A DNA stretch of 36,525 nucleotides from a virus (IMGVR_UViG_3300031519_000083:1-36525), one strand, 5' to 3'. Counted from the first letter of the stretch, positions 24,135 to 33,017 are shown. The notes: generated by a model not told the origin, from the sequence alone. A program made the numbers and translations.

Positions 24135-26546
24135 CTAGAAGTTATCTAGTCCGAAACCTTCGAGGGTATCATTTCCGGCTGACTCAAAATTTGTTGGTAA
24201 TGAATCATTTTGTCTTTGTGATATCAACTCAGATTGTTGAGTTGCTTGTATTTTAGTTCTTTCGTCTTTTCTGTCTTCTATTTCTTTCTCCTTCGATCCT
24301 TCGGTATTAGCTTTTATCTGAGCTAGTTGCATGCTGTAGTTAAACTCTTCAGCCATTAATTGCTTCTTAAGATCAGCTTCTATTTGAAGTCTCTGTATAA
24401 CAAACTGTGACTTTCCTTGCTCAAGCTGCAGGTTACTCTGCGTTAAGGCTTGTTGCTTTTGAACCTCTGACATAGCTGCTTGTTCAGCTTGCTGTGCATT
24501 TGCTTGAGCTTGCGCTTGTATATTTTGTTGAGCTTGCTGCTGCATAGCTTCAGCTTTTGCTTTTCTTTTTACTTTAAGCATTTGATTAGCTAATTTGAAA
24601 TTAGATATTTCTCTAATATCTATAGCGTCTTCTAAATCAATACCTCCATTTTGCAGAGCTATTTGAATATTTTGCTCTAAAGCTTGTTTATCTTCTTCTT
24701 CTGGTTCTAAATCAAGGAATATACCAAATTCATGTAAATTTAATGATTCAACCTGCTGTAAAGTATCTACGTTAAAAGAACTTATAGAATTCATTAAAGC
24801 ATTCTTAGTTAAAGGAAACGCTATCATATCTGCCGCTCTTAAACTAATGTTCTCTGCTGTTTTTGTAGTTATATACATTAATGATTGTAAGATATGTTTA
24901 GTAGCTACATTAGAATTAGCTGCTGCTAATTTTTGTAAACCTACAAGAGAGTCTTTAGCTGGTTGACTACCATCTCTAGCTTCGTTTAATCCAGTTACAT
25001 CCCTAATCATTTGAAGATAATACTGGTAAGTAGTTATAAGCGCTTGTATTTTACTTATACCAGAAGAACTTTGTAATTCTTGGATTGGTATCTTAGCTCT
25101 ATTTGGATCGCCATCTTGAGTTAAAGATCTACCAACTATACTACCAGTTTGGAAGTACATGTTTAAAGCTTCTTGAGCGTTGTAATTTGTACCGTTACCT
25201 AGATCAACTTCAGCCAAACCATCTACATCCACAAATACACCATCAGGAACTAACTTCTGTAGTACTTGTTGTATCTTTAGGTGCGTTATTTGAATCATGT
25301 CTGCAAAACTTATAGTTTTACTAACTATGGATTCTATACGACCTTGATACATTCTAGGCGCAGATATACTATAATTCATAGCAACTTTTGTTTGGTCGCT
25401 GTATGGTCTTGTCATGTTTTCAGCCAACTCCCATTTAAGCATTTGATCGTGTCCCAGTATCTTAGCTCCGCTATATAAGACCTCTATTGATCTACTTACT
25501 GTATTAAAGTTGTCGTTTTCTGGCGGATTATAAGTATCTGGTTTTTGAAGAGACTTTTCTAAACCTTGCTCTGTTTGCTTAATCTTCCAAACTTGATCTG
25601 AATACGTTTTGTATTCAAAATAAAGAACTTGAACATTGTTATTGTCATTATCTTGACCTCTAGGTGTTCTAGTATAATTTATATCTCCAGGGTATTTTTG
25701 TATTTTTTCTAATTCACTGTCAGTTAAATAAGGAAATTCTTTCTTTAACTCTTGTAAACTTATGCTTTTAACTTCACCTACATAATATATGTCCTCAAAA
25801 TTAGGATCTTCTGTATAAGAATATATAATATCAACTGGATCTACATAGTCTACAGTAATTCCATTAGCTAAATTAAAACCAGTTTTACTACAAGCAATAC
25901 CTAAAACAGTTAAATCGTACGCTATTCTTTTCTTTGTTTGTTCGTACTTGTTAAAGCTAAAAACGTTTTCAATTAACTCTTCTTCAGCTATTTCTATAGC
26001 TTGTTTGTAATTCAACTGCATATGAAGATCAAGCTCTTCTTTGTCTTTAGGTAAATCTCCTGAAGGTATCGTAGTTCTTCTTAAATCAATACCAAGCTCT
26101 GCATTTGTTTCAGCTATTAATTTTGCTGCAAAAGCATCTTCAGCTATAGCGGTAGCGTGGTCTGTCCTTTGTTTAACAGCGTAAGGATCTGAAGCATAAG
26201 ATCTTATTTTATAACCTTTGTCAGTCATACCATTTACAACGATATCAACAAACTTAGATAAAACAGCAATTGGCTTCCAATCTAAATTAAGATAAGACAA
26301 ATCACCATTTATAGATAACTCGTCTTTATATTTTCTAACTGATTGTTCTCCTCTAGCGTACAGTCTTAAATTATGGAAGTATTGCCAATTACTAGCAAAT
26401 CGACCTCCAGAGGCTCCTCCTGTATCTCCTCTAAACCATTCGTTCTCTATTGCTCTTCCTACAGCGTGACCGTATTCGTAGCTTTGTTTCTCTTCATCAG
26501 AAACTACCTGGCTTGGAAAAGTGCTATTTGAATTTGTATAAATCAT
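24135..26546 (-). CDS. Portal protein
   Basis: 803 aa directly after terL. LRLYARGEQ, YLNLDWKP, MIRDVTGLNEARDG motifs; Q/A-rich C-terminal barrel helix as in P22/crAss-like portals. Confidence 0.9.
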   Translation of the reverse strand: MIYTNSNSTFPSQVVSDEEKQSYEYGHAVGRAIENEWFRGDTGGASGGRFASNWQYFHNLRLYARGEQSVRKYKDELSINGDLSYLNLDWKPIAVLSKFVDIVVNGMTDKGYKIRSYASDPYAVKQRTDHATAIAEDAFAAKLIAETNAELGIDLRRTTIPSGDLPKDKEELDLHMQLNYKQAIEIAEEELIENVFSFNKYEQTKKRIAYDLTVLGIACSKTGFNLANGITVDYVDPVDIIYSYTEDPNFEDIYYVGEVKSISLQELKKEFPYLTDSELEKIQKYPGDINYTRTPRGQDNDNNNVQVLYFEYKTYSDQVWKIKQTEQGLEKSLQKPDTYNPPENDNFNTVSRSIEVLYSGAKILGHDQMLKWELAENMTRPYSDQTKVAMNYSISAPRMYQGRIESIVSKTISFADMIQITHLKIQQVLQKLVPDGVFVDVDGLAEVDLGNGTNYNAQEALNMYFQTGSIVGRSLTQDGDPNRAKIPIQELQSSSGISKIQALITTYQYYLQMIRDVTGLNEARDGSQPAKDSLVGLQKLAAANSNVATKHILQSLMYITTKTAENISLRAADMIAFPLTKNALMNSISSFNVDTLQQVESLNLHEFGIFLDLEPEEEDKQALEQNIQIALQNGGIDLEDAIDIREISNFKLANQMLKVKRKAKAEAMQQQAQQNIQAQAQANAQQAEQAAMSEVQKQQALTQSNLQLEQGKSQFVIQRLQIEADLKKQLMAEEFNYSMQLAQIKANTEGSKEKEIEDRKDERTKIQATQQSELISQRQNDSLPTNFESAGNDTLEGFGLDNF

Positions 26547-28757
26547 TTATCTTATTATTTTTGAGAACTCTCCTTTGTTATCGTATTTTTTAAACCCTAA
26601 TGGTGTAATTGTTTTAACTTGCTTAAAAACCGGAGTGTACCTATTCTTGTTACAAGCCATTAAAGCCAACCCAGAACTTATGGAAGCATCATGACTAGTC
26701 CTATTATTTATATTAAACTTAGCCCAGTCTTCTAACGTTCTTTGGAAGTACATGCTGCCGTACCCTTCTTGTGTTTTACCAACGTAGGAATTTATGTATG
26801 TTTCTATTGCGGAAGCGTGAGCTTGCTTTATATCTTCACTAGAATTTGGTATTCCTCCTATTTCTTTTTCTGTTACCGATAATTTATTCCAAACCTTGTC
26901 AGGTCTATTCATTGAAAAACCTCTATAACCTCTTCTTTTAAAATGATAAAGTAATCTAGGTTTGTTGTTTTCGCATAATATTGGCATGCCATAAAACACA
27001 CAAGCCATTAGCACATCTTCAAAAAATATCTCAGCAGTTTGAGGTCTAGCTATATACTCTAAAAAAAAATGATTAGGCGGAACATCTTCCATGCTAAATT
27101 TAGTTAAACCGGCTAAAGCTCCATTAGAGCCTCTCTTGTCAACTGTACCTGATATATCATAACTGTCACAACCAAATGCTCCACAGTGTTCATTACCTGG
27201 ATATTTAATTCCATTCTTTACTATCACTCGATTTTGTAGATTAACAGGTGGAACCCAAGATATTTTAAACCTACCATCTTTATTTGGTATAAATATAACT
27301 CTTGAATCTAGCCTACCGTCATGCCATTGGAAAGTACCTGTAGTAACCACCGATGTGTTTTTTAAGTCAACATTATAATCTATTTGTTCGTATATTTTCG
27401 CCAGGTTAAATAAAGACTCTTTAGCTTCGTCTCTGAATGCATGCTCTTCAGTTCTTGGAAATTGTCTATAAAATTCATTTAACCCGTCTTGATCATCTTT
27501 TAATCCTTCTACTTCATTCTTCCAAAACTCTACAACACCTAGTGTTATCTTATCTCCGAATACATCTATAACTTCTTTTTTGGGTGTATCGAATACAGGA
27601 AACCCATAAGAATCAATGTATCCCTCGTAGTTCCATTCCATAGGTATGAACAAAGAATAGAGTCCTGAGCTAGTCTGCCCGTTGCGGTTTCTCTTTGTAA
27701 CGTCTGATCCATGGTATAGTTTTTTAAAGTTTTCACCACCTTTATCTAAAGCATTTGAGGTTGATCCCATCATACACTTTCCAATAATTCTAGAACCTAA
27801 TCTTAACGTTGTTTTGGTAACCCTCCAGTTGTTGAGGATGTTGTTTGGCCTTTCCCACTTACCGCTCTCATCGTGGACGAGTAGTTTGAGTTTCTCTCCA
27901 TCATAGGCATTATCGCCCGTGTTTTTCCAGTCAATCGTGGTATCAAGACCCGTGAGCGTTTCCGTTTGTACTTTTGAATCGAGTCCTCTACGGGTAAGCT
28001 TGGATGCGGGTACACGATAGGCAAGTTCCGTCTTGGGCCTGTCCATTCCGTCCTGAATCGGTTTAAAGAAAAACGGGTAGTTAACACTAATGGGTACAAC
28101 TTTATCTGTGAACATTTTCTTCGCATCGGCTCCAGATTTGGACAAAATCCCAAACCGTGAATCGCTTGATATGGTTGCCATGTTAACAGCCTCCCCTGAC
28201 GCCATGAATGAAAATCCTGAACGTCTGTTCTTGAGATATGACATACCATAACATCTTTTGTCTGCTTTGCAAGCTTCCCAGAATAAATAGAATAATCTAT
28301 TGGACTCTCTAAAATCTGGCTTCCCAATATCAATTTTGGACCATTGCAAGTACATGTACTGAGTACCAGTAATATAAGTAGGCTTGTCTTTGTTAAAAAA
28401 CCAATAACCTTTTTCACGCCTTTGAAATTCTTCTTCAATATAGTCATACCATTTTTCTTTAAATTGTTCAGAGTAATTCTTCCAATCAAAAACAGTTTTA
28501 ATATTTTTTAATTCTTTAGGATACTCAGCGGCTTCCCATTTGTTACCTTCACTCTTAACTACGTCAGTAGCTTTTGGTAAAGCTATTATTAGATTTTGTA
28601 TTTCATAAATATCTCCTATCTCCCCGGTTTTACTAATAACCACCATATCATGATCTTCATCATAACCGTATTTCCACTTCTTAAACTTATTGTTTCTATT
28701 TAAGATCTTGGTTTTAACGTGGTTAGGTAAAATTTTGTATAATGACTGCTTGTACAT
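26547..28757 (-). CDS. terL: Terminase large subunit
   Basis: YLKNRRSGFS (Walker A variant), LLVHDESGKW (Walker B), MGSTSN coupling motif; nuclease GCDSYD and C-terminal HDASISSGLA. Confidence 0.93.
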   Translation of the reverse strand: MYKQSLYKILPNHVKTKILNRNNKFKKWKYGYDEDHDMVVISKTGEIGDIYEIQNLIIALPKATDVVKSEGNKWEAAEYPKELKNIKTVFDWKNYSEQFKEKWYDYIEEEFQRREKGYWFFNKDKPTYITGTQYMYLQWSKIDIGKPDFRESNRLFYLFWEACKADKRCYGMSYLKNRRSGFSFMASGEAVNMATISSDSRFGILSKSGADAKKMFTDKVVPISVNYPFFFKPIQDGMDRPKTELAYRVPASKLTRRGLDSKVQTETLTGLDTTIDWKNTGDNAYDGEKLKLLVHDESGKWERPNNILNNWRVTKTTLRLGSRIIGKCMMGSTSNALDKGGENFKKLYHGSDVTKRNRNGQTSSGLYSLFIPMEWNYEGYIDSYGFPVFDTPKKEVIDVFGDKITLGVVEFWKNEVEGLKDDQDGLNEFYRQFPRTEEHAFRDEAKESLFNLAKIYEQIDYNVDLKNTSVVTTGTFQWHDGRLDSRVIFIPNKDGRFKISWVPPVNLQNRVIVKNGIKYPGNEHCGAFGCDSYDISGTVDKRGSNGALAGLTKFSMEDVPPNHFFLEYIARPQTAEIFFEDVLMACVFYGMPILCENNKPRLLYHFKRRGYRGFSMNRPDKVWNKLSVTEKEIGGIPNSSEDIKQAHASAIETYINSYVGKTQEGYGSMYFQRTLEDWAKFNINNRTSHDASISSGLALMACNKNRYTPVFKQVKTITPLGFKKYDNKGEFSKIIR
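27803..28417 (-). CDS. Candidate overprinted lipoprotein in the +1 frame of terL (204 aa from GTG)
   Basis: 228-codon open frame in the ORF track. GTG at 28417 gives MKKVIGFLTKTSLLILLVLSTC (Cys22, lipobox-like). Coincides with a GC-rich, atypical-codon stretch of terL. Confidence 0.45.
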   Translation of the reverse strand: MKKVIGFLTKTSLLILLVLSTCTCNGPKLILGSQILESPIDYSIYSGKLAKQTKDVMVCHISRTDVQDFHSWRQGRLLTWQPYQAIHGLGFCPNLEPMRRKCSQIKLYPLVLTTRFSLNRFRTEWTGPRRNLPIVYPHPSLPVEDSIQKYKRKRSRVLIPRLTGKTRAIMPMMERNSNYSSTMRAVSGKGQTTSSTTGGLPKQR

Positions 28758-29032
28758 TACTTAGATCTACCTTCAGCAAACCCTTTAAAAGCTTTTTCTT
28801 CTTTAGCTTCTTTAGGTTTCTCGTTAAGAATATTGTCTTCTTCATCTATACGTTTAAGTATTTCAAAAGCATCAAATATTGCTAATTTTTTAGTGGCAGC
28901 TGCGTTTTTAAGCTTGTCCGCTGTTAAGTCATCATCTGAATCTACAATAAGTTCTTTAGCTACTTTAACTAATTCCGCTATCGCGATGTGCCCAGCTTGG
29001 ATTATACTCAACTTGGTTTCCTTGGTGTTCAT
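28757..29032 (-). CDS. Probable terminase small subunit
   Basis: 91-aa helical protein whose stop overlaps the terL start (TAATG); ends in GFAEGRSK. Assigned by position and size. Confidence 0.6.
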   Translation of the reverse strand: MNTKETKLSIIQAGHIAIAELVKVAKELIVDSDDDLTADKLKNAAATKKLAIFDAFEILKRIDEEDNILNEKPKEAKEEKAFKGFAEGRSK

Positions 29033-29582
29033 ATTTGATTACAATATCATTAGATTTCATACAGAAAACTCTTTGCTCGTCGACGATAAAATCCCATTCG
29101 CTGTTAGGAGTAAACCCTACAACATCTCCTGGGTTGATTTTAAGCGCTTCTAAGGACTTATTACCATACTTTAGTATACCAATAAGCTTTTGCTCTTTAT
29201 CGTTCGTTAGAATGTCTTCATTTTTTAGAGGCATTACAAAACATCTGTCTCCAAATGATTTCCAATCCTCTGTATTTTTATACAAGTATATCTGATCTAC
29301 AGCACAGAAATATAAATCATCTTTAAAATATGATCTACTATTTTTTTTCACACCTTTCATGTCGTAAAATACTCTAAAAACATTGTGGTGTATTAATACT
29401 ATATCTCCTTTTTGTATACTTGTTTTAAATGCTTTTGGCGTTTCTACTACAACTGCTAAATTGTTAACAGATTTAAAACTTTCTATTTTAGTATTTAAAA
29501 CCAAAGTTTTGTCACCAATCTTTATCTCATTTTCATATCTATCACCAAGTGGCTTGATGATGAAGTCGTACAAGCTCTTCAT
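28965..29582 (-). CDS. Tandem GroES-like (two Cpn10 domains) co-chaperonin-like protein
   Basis: Domain 1: FIIKP...AVVVETP...IQKGDIVLIHH. Domain 2 (from ~residue 107): KSFGDRCFVMP...IGILKYGN...INPGDVVGF...FIVDEQRVFCMKSNDIV, which parallels GroES PLHDRVIV...VKVGDIVIF...IDNEEVLIMSESDIL. Confidence 0.7.
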   Translation of the reverse strand: MKSLYDFIIKPLGDRYENEIKIGDKTLVLNTKIESFKSVNNLAVVVETPKAFKTSIQKGDIVLIHHNVFRVFYDMKGVKKNSRSYFKDDLYFCAVDQIYLYKNTEDWKSFGDRCFVMPLKNEDILTNDKEQKLIGILKYGNKSLEALKINPGDVVGFTPNSEWDFIVDEQRVFCMKSNDIVIKYEHQGNQVEYNPSWAHRDSGIS

Positions 29583-29809
29583 TAATACTCTAAATCGTAT
29601 TCAACAGATATTGCCATGTTAGAATTAAATTTCTTCCAAGGCATTACCTCATCTTCTTTTTTAATGTATATGCTGTAAGAGTTTGATTCTTGATCGTGTA
29701 GTATAGCTGAAATAGTATGTCCGCCATAAACGTTTTGCCCAACTGCATAATGCATGGCATCGTTTTTATAATCGGAACCTATACTGATCTTTCTTACAAT
29801 AGAACTCAT
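29582..29809 (-). CDS. Conserved hypothetical phage protein (small beta-rich)
   Basis: 75 aa, TAATG-coupled at both ends; IVRKISIG.DYK..AMHY.VGQ motif. Confidence 0.75.
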   Translation of the reverse strand: MSSIVRKISIGSDYKNDAMHYAVGQNVYGGHTISAILHDQESNSYSIYIKKEDEVMPWKKFNSNMAISVEYDLEY

Positions 29810-30066
29810 TATACTTTTTCTAAAGTGCTTGCAGATTCATTTTTCTCAATAAGAGTGTAACTACCATCAGTTAGATCAATGTTAACTTGTCCATACTCTT
29901 TTTCTAATTCTTTTTTAGTTGTTTCTAAAGCCTCTGCAGCTCGCATTTGAATATGTAATGCTTCATGCTTTCTACTCTCAATAAAACCAATATCGATAAA
30001 AGCCGCTTGTAATTTAGACTGCTGATCCTGAATAGTTTTTAATTGTTCTTCTGTGATTTTTTTCAT
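29809..30066 (-). CDS. Coiled-coil phage protein (chaperone-like)
   Basis: 85 aa helical hairpin ending in LEKEYGQVNIDLTDGSY. Confidence 0.7.
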   Translation of the reverse strand: MKKITEEQLKTIQDQQSKLQAAFIDIGFIESRKHEALHIQMRAAEALETTKKELEKEYGQVNIDLTDGSYTLIEKNESASTLEKV

Positions 30067-30094
30067 TTGATTTGATTTAATTAATTTATATTAA

Positions 30095-30107
30095 TATAGT
30101 TACTTGT
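30095..30107 (-). promoter_or_regulatory. Candidate phage promoter motif ACAAGTAACTATA
   Basis: Copy of AyAnGTAAywwTA 28 nt upstream of the ATG at 30066, heading the chaperone-terminase-portal gene run. Confidence 0.45.
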
Positions 30108-30113
30108 TTTTTA

Positions 30114-30671
30114 TTATTTACCCGCCACTAAGTTAGTAACAGTTGTTGCATCAGATAAAACATAATCTACAACTACTGGAAACCACTCTCCTTGAATAAC
30201 ATTTGTAAAAGTAACAGCTTGCGCTATTGTTGGCAATCCTGGCGCTGCTTCTATTCTAAATACAGCTTTATCATCTCCAGGTAGGCCACTTCCAGTAGCG
30301 TCTATAGTAATTAAATCTCCGTTTAAGTATCCGATTCCTTCAGAAGTTATCTCGTTTACACTAACTACAACCCCGTTAACTGTTGTTACCGACAAAGTCA
30401 TATTAGTACCACTACCGCCTGAAACCTCATATTCGTCAGTAGTGTATCCAGATCCGCCAGATCCAACGTATCCAGGTGAAGAAAGCGCGCTTATAGTGCT
30501 TGGCCCTACAGCTCCTACAGGTATAATCTGAAGGTTTCCAGGAGCACTAGTTCCTACGTATATAACCGAACCATTTAAAGAATTAGCTGCGGTTATATTA
30601 GCTGCTAAAACAGGAGTTACTGCTTTAATGTCATGCGTGATAAAATCAGGTTGATTTCCGAATTGTCCCAT
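30114..30671 (-). CDS. Probable structural (decoration/fibre-like) protein
   Basis: 185 aa, G/S/T/V-rich; GGSGYT...GGSGT...GIGYLNGDLITI module typical of phage fibre repeats. Confidence 0.6.
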   Translation of the reverse strand: MGQFGNQPDFITHDIKAVTPVLAANITAANSLNGSVIYVGTSAPGNLQIIPVGAVGPSTISALSSPGYVGSGGSGYTTDEYEVSGGSGTNMTLSVTTVNGVVVSVNEITSEGIGYLNGDLITIDATGSGLPGDDKAVFRIEAAPGLPTIAQAVTFTNVIQGEWFPVVVDYVLSDATTVTNLVAGK

Positions 30672-30677
30672 GTTTAT

Positions 30678-31076
30678 TTATTTATTTTTAATTATTGATT
30701 TTGCCTTTTCCCAAGTTCTTCCCACGAAATAAGCCCCGTAAACGGTAACCAATAATGTTTGAAATATTGGTATGTATTCTTTTGCTATTTTAAAATCGCC
30801 TATATTACCATCTGTAAAAGCTAATAAGCTAAATACAAATGTTAAAAACACTAGAACTAAAGGCCTAATGTTTTTAGCTAACCAACTGTCAGAATTCATA
30901 TCTGCATTCCAACGGTCTGTTACTTGCTGCTGAGCATTATTGTCAGCTTCTTCAAGAATGATTTGAACTTGTTTTTTTATTTCAAGCTTCTCTTCTTCAG
31001 TTGTTGTAAGCTTATCAATGACGTTACCAATCTCTTTAATAACGCCACCTGTAAGCCATGCAAATATTTTTTTCAT
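30678..31076 (-). CDS. Holin (GTA-type 3TM holin family)
   Basis: IDKLTTTEEEK, RWNADMNSDSWLAKNIRP, two hydrophobic helices and YFVGRTWEK. Confidence 0.8.
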   Translation of the reverse strand: MKKIFAWLTGGVIKEIGNVIDKLTTTEEEKLEIKKQVQIILEEADNNAQQQVTDRWNADMNSDSWLAKNIRPLVLVFLTFVFSLLAFTDGNIGDFKIAKEYIPIFQTLLVTVYGAYFVGRTWEKAKSIIKNK

Positions 31077-31091
31077 TTATAATTTCTACGT

Positions 31092-32036
31092 TTAGTAATC
31101 ACTATAATAATGATTATCAAATTGCCCTCTTACTACAACGTTACCATCTTTTCCTCTTTTAAAAGAATTTTTTCTATATTTACTCGGTTCACTCAACCCT
31201 TTTATTTTATTTTCTTGATCCTCTGGTTTAACAAACGCCATAGAGCTAGTACTACTTTTACTGTTTTTTCTAGTAACCCTATTGTTAACAATATAAGTAG
31301 AATCCCTGTTTCTCTGCGTTTTAGCTGCAGCTAAATGTCTTGCATCAAAAGTTTCTGGAGTTCTGTCTTTAAGAATTCCCTTCCAACTTTTTTCATTAAC
31401 TCTGTTATCTGATATTAGATTTCTTTCTGATTCAGAAAGATTCGGGTTTTTTTTAGTGATAAATCCTGGTTTTCCTTTTTTTTCATCTGTTCGTTGCATT
31501 AAAGCAGTTTTAGTAGACATATCTACTAAACCTTTAGGCTTAAGAGGAGTTCCTTTTGAGCCTTCTTTCGTCTTTTTAGCAAAATCCTTTAAATATTGTC
31601 CCCCACTTTTTTCATCCATCCTTCCTGCTGTGTCTAGTATATTTGCGCCAGTTCTAGGATTTCTTATAGTAGCTGTACTCGTTACAAAAGGAAGACTGTT
31701 ACTTCCTCTAAATCCTCCTGATCTTAATTCTTGGGAGTCTAAGCTAGATTTTGCGCCAGCAGTGTTTTTTCTATAACTGCCTTCTAATTTAGACCTATCG
31801 CTGTAAACATTTTTTTGTTGGTAGTTAAGCTCGTCTCCAAGATTTCCAGTTGAGCTTTGATTTTGATAAGCTCTTCTGCTTCCACTCATTTGCTCATCTT
31901 CGTTGTACGCGCTGGCAGGTATGTCCTCGCCAAGGCCGTACGCTCTTGGTTTTGGTGGTTTTTGTAATAAAGCGGAAGGAACTCCTGCGCCTGTTTTTGG
32001 CATTGGACCACGTCCTGCATTTTGTTTGTAAGCCAT
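31092..32036 (-). CDS. Hypothetical basic, low-complexity protein (possible internal head protein)
   Basis: 314 aa; K/S/G/R-rich; MAYKQ N-terminus. Confidence 0.65.
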   Translation of the reverse strand: MAYKQNAGRGPMPKTGAGVPSALLQKPPKPRAYGLGEDIPASAYNEDEQMSGSRRAYQNQSSTGNLGDELNYQQKNVYSDRSKLEGSYRKNTAGAKSSLDSQELRSGGFRGSNSLPFVTSTATIRNPRTGANILDTAGRMDEKSGGQYLKDFAKKTKEGSKGTPLKPKGLVDMSTKTALMQRTDEKKGKPGFITKKNPNLSESERNLISDNRVNEKSWKGILKDRTPETFDARHLAAAKTQRNRDSTYIVNNRVTRKNSKSSTSSMAFVKPEDQENKIKGLSEPSKYRKNSFKRGKDGNVVVRGQFDNHYYSDY

Positions 32037-32041
32037 AATAT

Positions 32042-32416
32042 TTATTTGTTTGTTGTTAAGTCTATATAAAAATGTGATAATTTTTTAACGGTAACGGTTT
32101 TATTTAAGTCACCAGTATATTCACATATCATTGTGTTTGAATCTTTTAAAATGTATTTAATATCAACGTAGTACCCGTTATCTGGATTATGTAGTTTAGT
32201 TGTAAAGGTTTCTCCATTGCTACTTACAATGTATTCTTCTATAAAATCATTTTCAGAAAAGCTAGTGTTAAACACTTTAACTGGTTTAGAGTCATCAGTT
32301 ATGATAGTCATAACATATGAAGATGTTTCACTTACCCAAGAACCTTCCATTTTGTTTATTTGAGCATTTAATAACAATGTCGATATTAATGCTAGTAGTA
32401 ATAGTAATTTTTTCAT
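32042..32416 (-). CDS. Secreted/periplasmic beta-barrel-like protein with Sec signal peptide
   Basis: MKKLLLLLALISTLLLNA|Q signal peptide (Gln at +1, typical of Bacteroidota), then a lipocalin-like GxW start (MEGSW). Confidence 0.7.
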   Translation of the reverse strand: MKKLLLLLALISTLLLNAQINKMEGSWVSETSSYVMTIITDDSKPVKVFNTSFSENDFIEEYIVSSNGETFTTKLHNPDNGYYVDIKYILKDSNTMICEYTGDLNKTVTVKKLSHFYIDLTTNK

Positions 32417-32442
32417 TTAATTAGATTTGATTTGTATACTTG

Positions 32443-32455
32443 TATTATTACGTGT
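32443..32455 (-). promoter_or_regulatory. Candidate phage promoter motif ACACGTAATAATA
   Basis: Copy of AyAnGTAAywwTA overlapping the zincin stop codon, 26 nt upstream of the ATG at 32416. Confidence 0.45.
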
Positions 32456-32798
32456 ATTTCAGCTTATTTGCTTTATAAGCTTCTACTTCCCAAGGCGAGT
32501 TTTTATCCCCGTCATTCATAGCAGATCTTGGATATTTTTTACCTTTCCAATAAACGAATTTATCATCATAATCTAGATCATCTCTATATTTACCCGATTC
32601 ATCTTTTTCAAGTCCCATTTGCTGTAAATGAACTCTTTCGTGTCTAACTACATCTTCTTGCTCTAGTGGACTTAAGTTTTTATCTACTATTATAGAACCA
32701 TTTTTATTAGCTTGACCCATAACACCTTCGTCTGTATCCATTTGGTATATAGGAGTGTTGTCAATAGATAACTTACCCATTTTCATTTTATAAGCCAT
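32448..32798 (-). CDS. Small zincin-like metallopeptidase
   Basis: VVRHERVHLQQ (HExxH) plus SPWEVEAY (third-ligand Glu motif). Confidence 0.8.
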   Translation of the reverse strand: MAYKMKMGKLSIDNTPIYQMDTDEGVMGQANKNGSIIVDKNLSPLEQEDVVRHERVHLQQMGLEKDESGKYRDDLDYDDKFVYWKGKKYPRSAMNDGDKNSPWEVEAYKANKLKYT

Positions 32799-32799
32799 A

Positions 32800-33006
32800 T
32801 TACTTTATAGGTGTTTCTATTACGTATTTAGCTCCAGGAAAAATATAATCGTATCCTGGATACATTGTCTTTGCATACCCGTTATTGTCAACCCCTAAAA
32901 CTTTGAACTCTACTCCTTTCATTGTAATCTTATTTCCCATAACCTTGTTTTGAGAATTATTTACGTCAGGGCTATTTTTTAAGTATCCAGTTTTTGTTGT
33001 CTTCAT
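32800..33006 (-). CDS. Conserved hypothetical phage protein
   Basis: 68 aa; ITMKGV..VLG.D..G....M.PG.DY.FPG..V.E.P pattern recalled from Bacteroidota phages. Confidence 0.7.
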   Translation of the reverse strand: MKTTKTGYLKNSPDVNNSQNKVMGNKITMKGVEFKVLGVDNNGYAKTMYPGYDYIFPGAKYVIETPIK

Positions 33007-33017
33007 AAAGATAATTT

